DNA of 64,000 nucleotides from Eledone cirrhosa (lineage: Eukaryota), in the NCBI GenBank assembly GCA_964016885.1, contig OZ024740.1:442618001-442682000 (forward strand). The letters run 5' to 3'. This document shows positions 1-14,907 of the stretch, in pieces; the first letter of the stretch is position 1, and every line of letters begins with the position of its first letter. The position numbers were made by a program, and so were the translations under genes. The notes under the pieces were generated by a model, which was not told the origin of the DNA, did no database searches, and saw only the letters and a list, made by a program, of their open reading frames with translations.

Positions 1-437
1 TATGTTTATTTTATTTTTTTCCTGTTTCTATATAATGATATTACTTGATATAAAAATACAAAGTAATTATATATTGTTTTAAAACTATATCCGCACGGAT
101 AATCATTAAATGCAGCTCTGTATATGGCGATGTCTACTGCAAAACTGTGTAGAAGTATAGAGATATGTCAATTGACGTTGTATTGTTAAATTGAATAAAA
201 ACTAATTTTTAAGATATTATACAGATAAATTCTGCTGCGGAATTGATGCGAAAAAGTGGAATAAAGGAAAGGGAGGGAAATGTGTTTTGTTGGAAATCTT
301 CATCAAGAACGATTGGTCTTCTCATAACTAATTTACTTTTTCACAAAGGGTTTTGCTATCATAGTCGGTGGGTTCATATTACTAAGTTTTTTGTTTTCAA
401 AAAACAGCTAACAAAATACAAACTAACATCTAATATG

Positions 438-882
<445 letters not shown>

Positions 883-1105
883 TGGAGAAGCACGTAGGGA
901 GACAGATAAAGTGGTAAGCTTGTAACGTGTCCAATATCCAGTGATTGAGGTGGGGGTGTAGTTGAACTATGAATCTGTTATAAACTAAACAAGAGATTTT
1001 AGCATTGTAATATGATGTTATATCATATGACGTATGTATTAAATTATGGTGTATACATACACACACACATATATATATCATATATATTATATATATATTG
1101 TATAT

Positions 1106-1180
<75 letters not shown>

Positions 1181-1181
<1 letters not shown>

Positions 1182-1235
1182 TCCAGAAATAGCCGTCGAA
1201 ACGGCTTGAGGTCTGCCGTCGGAGTCATACTTTAT

Positions 1236-1238
<3 letters not shown>
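1181..1238 (+). mobile_element. Solo arm of the 13177-13302 module (3' half of a hammerhead-like motif) between two (TA)n tracts
   Basis: gtccagaaatagccgtcGAAAcggc-ttgaggtct-gccgTC-ggagtcatactttatcct is near-identical to 13245-13302. It has GAAA, a perfect CGGC/GCCG helix III and a GTC triplet, but no CTGANGA box. Confidence 0.7.
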
Positions 1239-1298
<60 letters not shown>

Positions 1299-1419
1299 CA
1301 TTATAAAATATAAAAGAATTGTCCCTCTCATTATTCAATGACGCCATTTAACGAATCAAAGAAAGGAAAAAATCGAGAACCAAGTCCTTTAATATATTTT
1401 CAGTGCTATTTCCAATCTC

Positions 1420-1704
<285 letters not shown>

Positions 1705-1891
1705 GGAATAGGGTGTGTCTAAATATTGAAGATTGACAGTAGATATTAGTAAAGTAAACTTGACAACTTATAGTCTAATGAATATGAGACAATATGTAAA
1801 GATATATTGACAACATATGGCTTGTCCGTGTGTACATATATATATATGTGTGTGTGTGTATAATATATATATATATATATATGTTCGTGTG

Positions 1892-1984
<93 letters not shown>

Positions 1985-2002
1985 ATATATATATATATAT
2001 AG

Positions 2003-2511
2003 GTATGTATACGTACATACATATATGTATACAGACGTACAGTAGTATGCATATATATACATACATGCAGACATATATATATGTACGTATGGGTTTACCA
2101 AACATTTATTATAATGTTCGGTTTGTGTGCAAACAAACAGCCCGAATTAAGCCGTACAGTGTTCGGCAACAATCGTTTCCCCTTTGTTCAACACTGACAA
2201 AGGAACGTTAATAGAGATAAGGAAAGTATATACTTTCAAACGTTCAATCATCTGACAGCAAGAGATACGGTGCTGACGATAGCTAATAAGCTTGAAACTA
2301 GTTCATCGTTCCTTTGTCAGTGTTGAACAAAAGGGCAACGACGGTTGCCGAACACTGTACGGCTTAATTCGGGCTGTTTGTTTACAAACAAACCGAACAT
2401 TATAATAAATGTTTGGTAAGCCCATACGTGCATATATATATGTGTGCATGTATGTATATATATGCATACTACTGTACGTCTGTATACTTATATGTATGTA
2501 CGTATACATAC
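2003..2511. mobile_element. Long inverted repeat (arms 2003-2207 and 2307-2511, ~205 bp) around a hammerhead-containing spacer; probable Penelope-like pseudo-LTR remnant
   Basis: Arms are reverse complements with few mismatches (ORFs 1915+ and 2303- both translate ...[24 protein letters not shown]...). The spacer holds an HHR core and the module is flanked by (TA)n. Confidence 0.8.
2267..2309 (+). ncRNA. Minimal type-I hammerhead ribozyme
   Basis: acggtg-CTGACGA-t-agct-aata-agct-t-GAAA-ctag-TT-catcgt: 6-bp helix I (one G-U), both core boxes intact, 4-bp helix II, palindromic ACTAGT helix III, GUU triplet. Predicted cleavage after 2303. Confidence 0.8.
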
Positions 2512-2581
2512 TCATATTTAAGTATCAGCCGTACTAAGAGTGAGAAATTTCATTTCATTTCATTCTTTTCCATATATATAA

Positions 2582-2651
<70 letters not shown>

Positions 2652-2769
2652 TGTTACCCGTCTATTTCGTTCTTACTGCTTCTTTCTCTGCATCTTTACC
2701 CTCTCTAGCAGTCACTCTCTCCGTTAGCCTCTTCCTCACCCTTCACTCACTCATTCTCCGTTACTACCT

Positions 2770-3050
2770 CTCCTCCTCCTCCTTCTTCCCGTTTGACCTG
2801 TGCGTAATTCTTTTCTTTCGCACCCTTGGCTAGGCCGGTCGTCATTTTTTCTCTCTCTCGTCTACGATTTCACAGAACTTAAGTTTACCGAATTCACAGA
2901 CTAGACCCCTTCTTCCTCCCGTTAGACCTGTACGAAATTCCTTCCTTGCTCACATTTCAACCAGGTTTGATGGTCTTTATTCTCTCTCGTTCACGATTTC
3001 ACCGAATTTAACTTCATAGAAATTTGGGACTTGACTCCTTCTTCCTCACT
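2770..3050. repeat. Diverged ~130-bp tandem duplication
   Basis: 'cccgtttgacctgtgcg...ctctctcgtctacgatttcacagaactt' recurs ~130 bp later as 'cccgttagacctgtacg...ctctctcgttcacgatttcaccgaattt'. Confidence 0.7.
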
Positions 3051-3252
3051 TTTCGTTGCTTCACCATTTTTGTTTGTTTACACTTATGTCCCCTTTATTT
3101 ACGTGTCCCAACGACTCTTTTTTAGCCGTAGCTCGCACCAACCGGAGGTATATGGTCTTTAAAGCGATGAAATACCAATGATGGTTGGAAGATCACTGAT
3201 AAAGGACGAACTTTATTCATATGTAACCCATTAGCAACCCCCGCAACACGTT

Positions 3253-3319
<67 letters not shown>

Positions 3320-3368
3320 TGTAAACAGAATAACAACACAATAGGTACAGTATATGGAAGGGATATAT

Positions 3369-6300
3369 ATATATACACATCTACCATATATATATTTATA
3401 TATATATACATCTACTATATATACACATCTACTATATATATATACATCTACTATATATATACATCTACTATATATATATATCTACTATATATATACATCT
3501 ACTATATATATATACATCTACTATATATACACATCTACCATATATATACACTTCTACTATATATACACATCTACTATATACATATATATACTATATATAT
3601 ACATCTACTATATATATATATATCTACTATATATATACATCTACTATATATATATATCTACTATATATATACATCTACTATATATACACATCTACTATAT
3701 ATATACATCTAGATATATATACATCTATTATATATATACATCTACTATATATATGCATCTACTATATATACATCTACTATATATATATACATCTACTATA
3801 TATACACATCTACTATATATATACATCTACTATATATACATCTACTATATATACACATCTACTATATATACACATCTTCTATATATACACATCTACTATA
3901 TATATATACATCTACTATATATATACATCTACTATATATACACATCTACTATATATACACATCTTCTATATATACACATCTACTATATATACACATCTAC
4001 TATATATATACATCTACTATATATATACATCTACTATATATACACATCTACCATATACATACACCTACTAAATATATACACCTACTATATATATATACAT
4101 CTACTATATATACACATCTACCATATACACACATCTACTATATATACACATCTACTATATATATATACATCTACTATATTTCCACATCTACTATATATAT
4201 ATACATCTACTATATATATACATCTACTATATATATATATACATCTACTATATATACACATCTACCATATATACACATCTACTATATATACACATCTACT
4301 ATATATACAATATATACACATCTACCATATATATACACCTACTATATATATACATCTACTATATATACACATCTACTATATATACACATCTACTATATAT
4401 ACATCTACTATATATACACATCTACTATATATATACATCTACTATATATACACATCTACTATATATATACATCTACTATATATACATCTACTATATATAC
4501 ACATCTACTATATATATACATCTACCATATATACACATCTACCATACATATACATATACTATATATATACATCTACTATTTATATACATCTACTATATAT
4601 ACACATCTACTATATATACATCTACTATATATACACATCTACTATATATATACACCTACTATATATAAACATCTACTATATATATACACCTACTATATAT
4701 ATACGTCTACTATATATACACACTTACCATATATAAATACATCTACTATATATATACATCTACTATATATACACACTCACTAGATATATACATCTACTAT
4801 ATATACACATCTACTATATATATACATCTACTATATATACACATCTACTATAAATACACATCTACTATATATACACATCTACTATATATATACACCTACT
4901 ATATATACACATCTACTATATATATACATCTACTATATATACACATCTACTATAAATACACATCTACTATATATACACATCTACTATATATATACATCTA
5001 CTATATATACACATCTACTATATATATACATCTACTATATATACACATCTACTATATATATACATCTACTATATATACACATCTACCATATATATACAAT
5101 TCTACTATATATACACATCTACTATATATATACATCTACTATATATACACATCTACTATATATATACATCTACTATATATACACATCTACTATATATATA
5201 CATCTACTATATATTAACATCTACTATATATATACATCTACTATATATATACATCTACTATATATACACATCTACTATATATACATCTACTATATATACA
5301 CACTTACTATATATACACATCTACTATATATATACATCTACTATATATAAACATCTACTATATATATACATCTACTATATATATACATCTACTATATACA
5401 TACATCTACTATATATATACATCTACTCATATATACACATCTACTATATATACACATCTACTATATATATACACCTACTATATATACACATCTACTATAT
5501 ATATACATCTACTATATATATACATCTACTATATATATACAACTACTATATATATATATATCTACTATATATACACATCTACTATATATACACATCTACC
5601 ATATACACACATCTACTATATATACACATCTACTATATATATATACATCTACTATATTTCCACATCTACTATATATATATACATCTACTATATATATACA
5701 TCTACTATATATATATATACATCTACTATATATACACATCTACCATATATACACATCTACTATATATACACATCTACTATATATACAATATATACACATC
5801 TACCATATATATACACCTACTATATATATACATCTACTATATATACACATCTACTATATATACACATCTACTATATATACATCTACTATATATACACATC
5901 TACTATATATATACATCTACTATATATACATCTACTATATATACACATCTACTATATATATACATCTACCATATATACACATCTACCATACATATACATA
6001 TACTATATATATACATCTACTATTTATATACATCTACTATATATACACATCTACTATATATACATCTACTATATATACACATCTACTATATATATACACC
6101 TACTATATATAAACATCTACTATATATATACACCTACTATATATATACGTCTACTATATATACACACTTACCATATATAAATACATCTACTATATATATA
6201 CATCTACTATATATACACACTTACTAGATATATACATCTACTATATATACACATCTACTATATATATACATCTACTATATATACACATCTACTATAAATA

Positions 6301-9300
6301 CACATCTACTATATATACACATCTACTATATATATACACCTACTATATATACACATCTACTATATATATACATCTACTATATATATATACATCTACTATA
6401 TATATACATCTACTATATATATATACATCTACTATATATACACATCTACTATATATATACATCTACTATATATACACATCTACTATATATATACATCTAC
6501 TATATATACACATCTACCATATATATACAATTCTACTATATATACACATCTACTATATATATACATCTACTATATATACACATCTACTATATATATACAT
6601 CTACTATATATTAACATCTACTATATATATACATCTACTATATATATACATCTACTATATATACACATCTACTATATATACATCTACTATATATACACAC
6701 TTACTATATATACACATCTACTATATATATACATCTACTATATATAAACATCTACTATATATATACATCTACTATATATATACATCTACTATATACATAC
6801 ATCTACTATATATATACATCTACTCATATATACACATCTACTATATATACACATCTACTATATATATACACCTACTATATATACACATCTACTATATATA
6901 TACATCTACTATATATATACATTTACTATATATATACAACTACTATATATATATATATCTACTATATATACACATCTACTATATATATACATCTACTATA
7001 TATACACATCTACTATATATATACATCTACTATATATATATATATCTACTATATATATATACATCTACTATATATATACACACCTACTATATATATATAC
7101 ATCTACTATATATATATACATCTACTATATATATACATCTACTATATATACACATCTTCTATATATACACATCTACTATATATACACATCTACTATATAT
7201 ATACATCTACTATATATACATCTACTATATATATACATCTACTATATATACATCTGCTATATATACACATCTACTATATATATACACACTTACTATATAT
7301 ATACATCTACTGTATATATACACCTCTACTATATATATACATCTACTATATATAAATCTACTATATATATATACATCTACTATATATACACATCTACCAT
7401 ATATATACACCTACTATATATATACATCTACTATATATACACATCTACTATATATACATCTACTATATATACACATCTACTATATTCATACACACTTACT
7501 ATATATATACACATCTACTATATATACACATCTACTATATATATACATCTACTATATATACACATCTACTATATATATACATCTACTATATATACATCTA
7601 CTATATATACACATCTACTATATATATACATCTACTATATATACACATCTACCATATATATGCATATACTATATATATACATCTACTATTTATATACATC
7701 TACTATATATACACATCTACTATATATACATCTACTATATATACACATCTACTATATATATACACCTACTATATATATACATCTACTATATATATACACC
7801 TACTATATATATACGTCTACTATATATACACACTTACCATATATATACATCTACTATATATATACATCTACTATATATACACACTTACTAGATATATACA
7901 TCTACTATATATACACATCTACTATATATATACACCTACTATATATACACATCTACTATAAATACACATCTACTATATATACACATCTACTATATATATA
8001 CACCTACTATATATACACATCTACTATATATATACATCTACTATATATATATACATCTACTATATATATACATCTACTATATATATATACATCTACTATA
8101 TATACACATCTACTATATATATACATCTACTATATATACACATCTTCTATATATACACATCTACTATATATACACATCTACTATATATATACATCTACTA
8201 TATATACATCTACTATATATATACATCTACTATATATACACATCTACCATATATATACAATTCTACTATATATACACATCTACTATATATATACATCTAC
8301 TATATATACACATCTACTATATATATACATCTACTATATATATACATCTACTATATATACACATCTACTATATATACATCTACTATATATACACACTTAC
8401 TATATATACACATCTACTATATATATACATCTACTATATATAAACATCTACTATATATATACATCTACTATATATATACATCTACTATATACATACATCT
8501 ACTATATATATACATCTACTCATATATACACATCTACTATATATACACATCTACTATATATATACACCTACTATATATACACATCTACTATATATATACA
8601 TCTACTATATATATACATCTACTATATATATACAACTACTATATATATATATCTACTATATATACACATCTACTATATATATACATCTACTATATATACA
8701 CATCTACTATATATATACATCTACTATATATATATATCTACTATATATATATACATCTACTATATATATACACACCTACTATATATATATACATCTACTA
8801 TATATATATACATCTACTATATATATACATCTACTATATATACACATCTTCTATATATACACATCTACTATATATACACATCTACTATATATATACATCT
8901 ACTATATATACATCTACTATATATATACATCTACTATATATACATCTGCTATATATACACATCTACTATATATATACACACTTACTATATATATACATCT
9001 ACTGTATATATACCCCTCTACTATATATATACATCTACTATATATAAATCTACTATATATATATACATCTACTATATATACACATCTACCATATACATAC
9101 ACCTACTATATATATACATCTACTATATATACACATCTACTATATATACACATCTACTATATATATACATATACTATATATATACATCTACTATTTATAT
9201 ACATCTACCATATATATACATATACTATATATATACATCTACTATATATACACATCTACTATATACATACACACTTACTATATATATACACATCTACTAT

Positions 9301-11640
9301 ATATACACATCTACTATATATATACATCTACTATATATACACATCTACTATATATATACATCTACTATATATACACATCTACCATATATATACATATACT
9401 ATATATATACATCTACTATTTATATACATCTACTATATATACACATCTACTATATATACATCTACTATATATACACATCTACTATATATATACACCTACT
9501 ATATATATACATCTACTATATATATACACCCACTATATATATACACCTACTATATATACACACTTACCATATATATACATCTACTATATATATACATCTA
9601 CTATATATACACACTAACTATATATATACATCTACTATATATACACATCTACTATATATATACATCTACTATATATACACATCTACTATATATATACATA
9701 TACTATATATATACACACCTACTATATATATATACATCTACTATATATATATATATACATCTACTATATATATACATCTACTATATATATACATCTACTA
9801 TATATATACATCTACTATATATATACACATCTACTATATATATACATCTACTATATATATACATCTACTATATATATATACATCTACTATATATACACAT
9901 CTACTATATATATATACATCTACTATATATATACATCTACTATTTATACACATCAACTATATATATACATCTACTATATATACACATCTACTATATATAT
10001 ACATCTACTATATATACACATCTACTATATATATACATCTACTATATATATATATCTACTATATATATACATCTACTATATATATACACACCTACTATAT
10101 ATATATACATCTACTATATATATATACATCTACTATATATATACATCTACTATATATATACATCTACTATATATATACATCTACTATATATATACACATC
10201 TACTATATATATACATCTACTATATATATACATCTACTATATATATATATACATCTACTATATATATACACATCTACTATATATATATATATATACATCT
10301 ACTATTTATACACATCAACTATATATATACATCTACTATATACACATCTACTATATATACATCTACTATATATACACATCTACTATATATACACATCTAC
10401 TATATATATACATCTACTATATATATATATCTACTATATATACACATCTACCATATATATATATCTATAATAATAATAATAATAATAATAATGAAATTAT
10501 TGTGTAAAGTGCTCAGGTGCACTACAACTCGTCAATATAGTACATATAGTACATCTACTATATATATACACATCTACTATATATACATCTACTATATATA
10601 CATCTACTATATATATACATCTACTGTATATACACACGTACTATATATATACATATACTATATATACACCTACTATATACATCTACTATATATACATCTA
10701 CTATATATATACATCTACTATATATATACATCTACTATATATACACATCTACTATATATATACACTTCTACTATATATACATACATATACTATATATATA
10801 CACCTACTATATATATACATCAACTATATATACACATCTACTATATATACACATCTACTATATATATACACCTACTATATATACACATCTACTATATATA
10901 TACATCTACTATATATATACATCTACTATATATACACATCTACCATATATATACACCTACTATATATATACATCTACCATATATATACACCTACTATATA
11001 TATATACATCTACTATATATATACATCTACTATATATACATCTACTATATATACATCTACTATATATATACATCTACTATATATACACATCTACTATATA
11101 TATACATCTACTATATATACATCTACTATATATATACACTTCTACTATATATACGCATCTACTATATATACACATCTACTATATATACACATCTACTATA
11201 TATATACATCTACTATATATACACATCAACTATATATACACATCTACTATATATATACATCTACTATATATACACATCTACTATATATATACATCTACTA
11301 TATATACACATCTACTATATATATACATCTACTATATATATACATCTACTATATATACAGATCTACTATATATATACACCTACTATATATATACATCTAC
11401 TATATATACACATTAACTATATATACACATCTACCATATATACACATCTACTATATATACACATCTACCATATATACACATCTACTATATATACAGATCT
11501 ACTATATATACACATCTACTATATAAACACATCTACTATATATACACTACTACCGTATATATACACATCTACTATATATATATACACATCTACTATATAT
11601 ACACATCTACTATATATACACATCAATCGTATATATACAC
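3369..11640. repeat. ~8.3-kb minisatellite, unit CATCTAC(TA)3-6(CA), mostly 16-22 bp, with ~1.4-1.7-kb higher-order duplications
   Basis: Unit is directly visible. Rare variants recur at kb offsets (tttccac 4181/5659; tactcat ~5424/6821/8517; near-identical ORFs 7225 and 8917, offset 1692). Confidence 0.97.
10468..10548 (-). mobile_element. Short, probably 5'-truncated retroposon 3' end with (TTA)n tail, inserted in the minisatellite
   Basis: (TAA)8 run followed by ~55 bp of unique sequence (gaaattattgtgtaaagtgctcaggtgcactacaactcgtc) interrupts the array. A simple-repeat tail on one side is typical of LINE/SINE 3' ends. Family not assignable here. Confidence 0.5.
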
Positions 11641-11714
11641 TCCTGCTGTCATACTTACAACATGTCTGACAATACGTGTATAATATTAATAAAGAAATCA
11701 TTAGCCACAACACA

Positions 11715-11935
11715 GAATGGTTGTATATTGAGAGTAATCGGTAGAGTGTCGGACCACATGCTTGGCTACATAGAGTTATGTCCCTTTATGTTCTCAGTTC
11801 AAATCCCGCCGTGGTTAGCTTTGCTGTTCATCCTCATAATGTCGATAACATAATGTATCAATAAGTCACTGGGATCGATTTAATCGACTTTCCTTCACCC
11901 AAAGTTTTGGCCCTGTTTCTAAATCAGAAACAATT
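11715..11935 (+). mobile_element. Degenerate tRNA-derived SINE
   Basis: Pol III B-box GTTCAAATCCC at 11797-11807, followed by a body ('tttgctgttcatcct...gtcgataa...actgggatcgatttaatcgact') resembling cephalopod SINEs. Family recognition is from memory, not a search. Confidence 0.6.
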
Positions 11936-12299
11936 GTGATTTGGCCATAATTTAGACATTCAAATACGTTAGATTTGACCTTGGTCATCTTAGTACTGTC
12001 ATATGGGAGATTGTCCGGTATACCACAGATATGGGGGGGGGGGTTCCATTACTGTGGACGGTTCCATCATTTTTCTTTCGTATAAGTTTATCATAAAAAC
12101 GTTTATTATATATATTAAAAACAAAACGAGTTTTCACAAGTCTTTACTGATTATATACAGTTACGACTGTTTGACATATAGGTGGCTCATGATCCATGCT
12201 ATAGACCCGACACCAGCCAGGGAAAAGACCCCCCCCCCCTCTCCTGGTCAAGAATCACCAGGAAAGGCAATGGTCGATATAGCTTGCTGCCAGTGACGT

Positions 12300-12373
12300 C
12301 ACTGAGGGAAGTAGAGCAACGGGAAACAAAGTATCTTGATCAAGGACACAACACACCACCCTGTCTTAGAATC
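12300..12373 (-). mobile_element. CORE-type SINE fragment
   Basis: Minus strand reads gtgttgtgtccttgatcaagatactttgtttcccgttgctct, similar to the conserved TGTGTCCTTGRGCAAGRCACTT central SINE domain. It is truncated by the (AAC)n tract. Confidence 0.5.
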
Positions 12374-12376
12374 ATC

Positions 12377-12731
12377 AACAGTAGCAACAACAACAACAGC
12401 AAAAACAGCAACAAAAACAACAACAACAACAATAGTAACAACAACAGCAACAGTAACAACAATAAGAGCAACAACAACAATAGCAACAGTAACACCACCA
12501 CCACCTACAACAACAACAACAACAACAACAACAGCAACAACAACAATAGTAACAACAACACCAACAGCAACAACAGTAACAACAACAGCAACAGTAACAA
12601 CAACAACAACAGTAACAACAACAGTAGCAGTAACAACAACAGTAGCAGCAACAACACCAACAACAGCAACAATAACAACAACAACAACAACAGTAACAAC
12701 AACAACAACAGTAACAACAACAACAGTAACA
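12377..12731. repeat. (AAC)n microsatellite with AGC/AGT interruptions; a short (AGC)n follows at ~12859-12918
   Basis: Directly visible; gives poly-N/T/L ORFs. Confidence 0.97.
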
Positions 12732-13176
12732 AGATGGAGTGATAGGGTAAATTAATTCTCTTCATTTAGTTGTTTATATATTTTGTTCCTATAAATTTAT
12801 GAAAGGGAAATTATATTTGTTAGTTTCTGTAAGTTTGTTTAACAGAATATAATGTAATAGCAGCAGCAGTAGCAACAGCAGTAGTAGCAGCAGAAGCAGC
12901 AACAACAGCAGCAGCAGCCACATCAATATAGAAGAGGAGAGATATATAGATATCTCAGTATCTGATTAAGTAGACTATTTAAGATATCTGTTTAAATTAA
13001 TCTGACTATAATGAGGTTATAAGACGATATATGTACTTTAATACTTTGAGAAGTATCGTGCCAGAGAACATTGAACGTTTCAGCCAATCCTCGTGTAACA
13101 CAGGAGTTGTGGTAAGGAACCAGATGGACCATAACGCACGAGAGTACTCAATACTTAGGGTAGTAGAGTGGGTAAA

Positions 13177-13302
13177 AGGAAAATGTATGACCCCGACGGC
13201 AGAGCTCAAGCCATTTCGACGACTATTTCTGGACGCATATAGCCGTCCAGAAATAGCCGTCGAAACAGCTTGAGCTCTGCCGTCGGCGTCATACATTTTC
13301 CT
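13177..13302. mobile_element. 126-bp hairpin (59-bp arms, 8-nt loop); each arm carries a hammerhead 3' half (GAAA...GTC); probable PLE pLTR remnant
   Basis: aggaaaatgtatgaccccgacggcagagctcaagccatttcgacgactatttctggacg / cgtccagaaatagccgtcgaaacagcttgagctctgccgtcggcgtcatacattttcct. Third arm copy at 1181. Confidence 0.75.
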
Positions 13303-13629
13303 ATATATATATATACTAGCAGTTTAGCCCGGCGTTGCTCGGGTTTGTTCATTTGCTATGAAAAGTTACATACAGGTAAACGTGGTTTGAAAGCGAATAA
13401 GCTTATCAATTAAGTGCATAAAGCAGTTGAACCGGTTATTAAAAGTTACGAACCAATTAGCATTTTGGTCAATCAATGATGGGTTAATAATCTTCCAATA
13501 GCGAATTTAGTAGACCAAAGTTGCAAGATGGTGGCCCTGATGCCACTGGGTGTCAGATCTGTCCGCCATGGGATACCCTACCAGGAAATAGTGTTCCAGA
13601 CGGCATAGCTCCAACACCTGCACCAACAT

Positions 13630-14890
13630 CTATAGCACCTCTTTGTAGACGATATTGCGTGTCATCCCTTGAGGAGAGTAAGCAAAAAGTCCATTCCTGC
13701 TCCCTGCGCGGGAACAGGCAACATAACGTTGGCCATGGGAGAAGCATGGCTCCCCCAAATGGATGCCCGCCACCGACAATGTTTGCCCTTGTGACTTGTT
13801 AATGGACATGGCAAAACATGGTCTCACCGGGAATTGGGATCGCCGGAAATCGAACGGGATATCTGACGCCGAGGGGAAAAGGTTCATCCTTGGAATGAAA
13901 ACATTCTCCCCTCTTCCGCACCCCGTTACAATGGTGGCCTCAATCAAGTGGGTGTCAGTGACTTGACGACCATGCGAGTACCGTTGCACTGCTTTGGTGG
14001 ACGCAAGTTCCTTATTAGCATAATGGGACAGCCAACCCTAAGCTTAATAATGTGAGGTGGGAGCCCTGGGGGCTCAAGGAGATTTAATAACTCAACCGGA
14101 TAATTAACGATATCGTCGGGTTCTGATTTGAAGATGTGCTCTTTACCGGGAATCTTCTCAATCAGCTGCTCGTTAATAAAATTAACCATGGTATTTTCTG
14201 AGCAAGGATGGCTCTTTCGCCGAGCCAATCGAGGTTTTTAAAGTTAGATGAGACATTAGGAAAAACTGCTTCCCAAAGGTCAGAAGGGCTGCTAACAATG
14301 TTGCACAGGGTGTCGATTGCTATGCCGCCCTTGTCATCCGCAGGGATCTTGCCCTCACCAAGTGCTAAAATGTTCTGTGCTGCAGACATGTTGTCACCAT
14401 GCAAATGAGCACGCATATTTGTGCTCAGGTACAAACTATTCACTTGGAGCCACAACATGGACGACTTAAGACAGGCACGCACTTCATCAGCTCTTGTCCA
14501 TTTGGGGATGACAGGTAGCGTTTTCCGAAAATCCCCTGATAGCAGAAGGGTTACGCCACCCATAGGAGCCGTAGAATCCCTAATGTCCTTCCGGGCCCTG
14601 TCCAATGCCTCAATGGCACCCTTGTGTGCCATTGTGCACTCATCCCAAACAATGAGGCAACATCTTTTGAGAACCAGAGCTTTGTGTGAACTCTTGCTGA
14701 TACTGCATGTTGGTGTCTCAGTTTTTATTAAATCCAAAGGGAGTTTAAAGGTTGAATGTGCTGTCCTGCCTCCCGGCAGCAAAGTAGCAGCGATCCCGGA
14801 CGATGCAACGGACAACGCAACTTTTTTCTCCTGACGAATCTTAGCGAGAATCAAATTCGTTACAAAAGTTTTTCCGGTACCCCCAGGAGC
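13630..14890 (-). pseudogene. Helitron Pif1-family (SF1B) helicase domain, frameshifted
   Basis: Walker A APGGTGKT (14890-14867, in frame with ORF 14162-14854), ASSGIAATLLPGGRTAHS, WDECTM, GDFRKTLPV, RAILA, QFPVRPCFAMSINKSQGQT, HGQRYVACSR, ending NIVYKEVL*. Split over three ORFs by frameshifts near 14200 and 13960. Confidence 0.93.
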
Positions 14891-14907
14891 GTTTTTTATT
14901 GGGGGGA

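Noticed and set aside
3190-3220. CTGATAA...GAA as another hammerhead core
   Set aside because: Both boxes deviate from consensus and no supporting helices were found.
11790-11810. tRNA gene (GTTCAAATCCC T-loop)
   Set aside because: No cloverleaf can be folded; it is the B-box of a decayed SINE.
12182-12765. Poly-Asn, poly-Thr (mucin-like) and poly-Leu ORFs
   Set aside because: Different frames of one (AAC)n microsatellite preceded by a SINE fragment.
13630-14890. Cellular PIF1 helicase gene
   Set aside because: Intronless, frameshifted, and enclosed by Helitron termini and the RepHel N-terminal domain, so transposon-derived.
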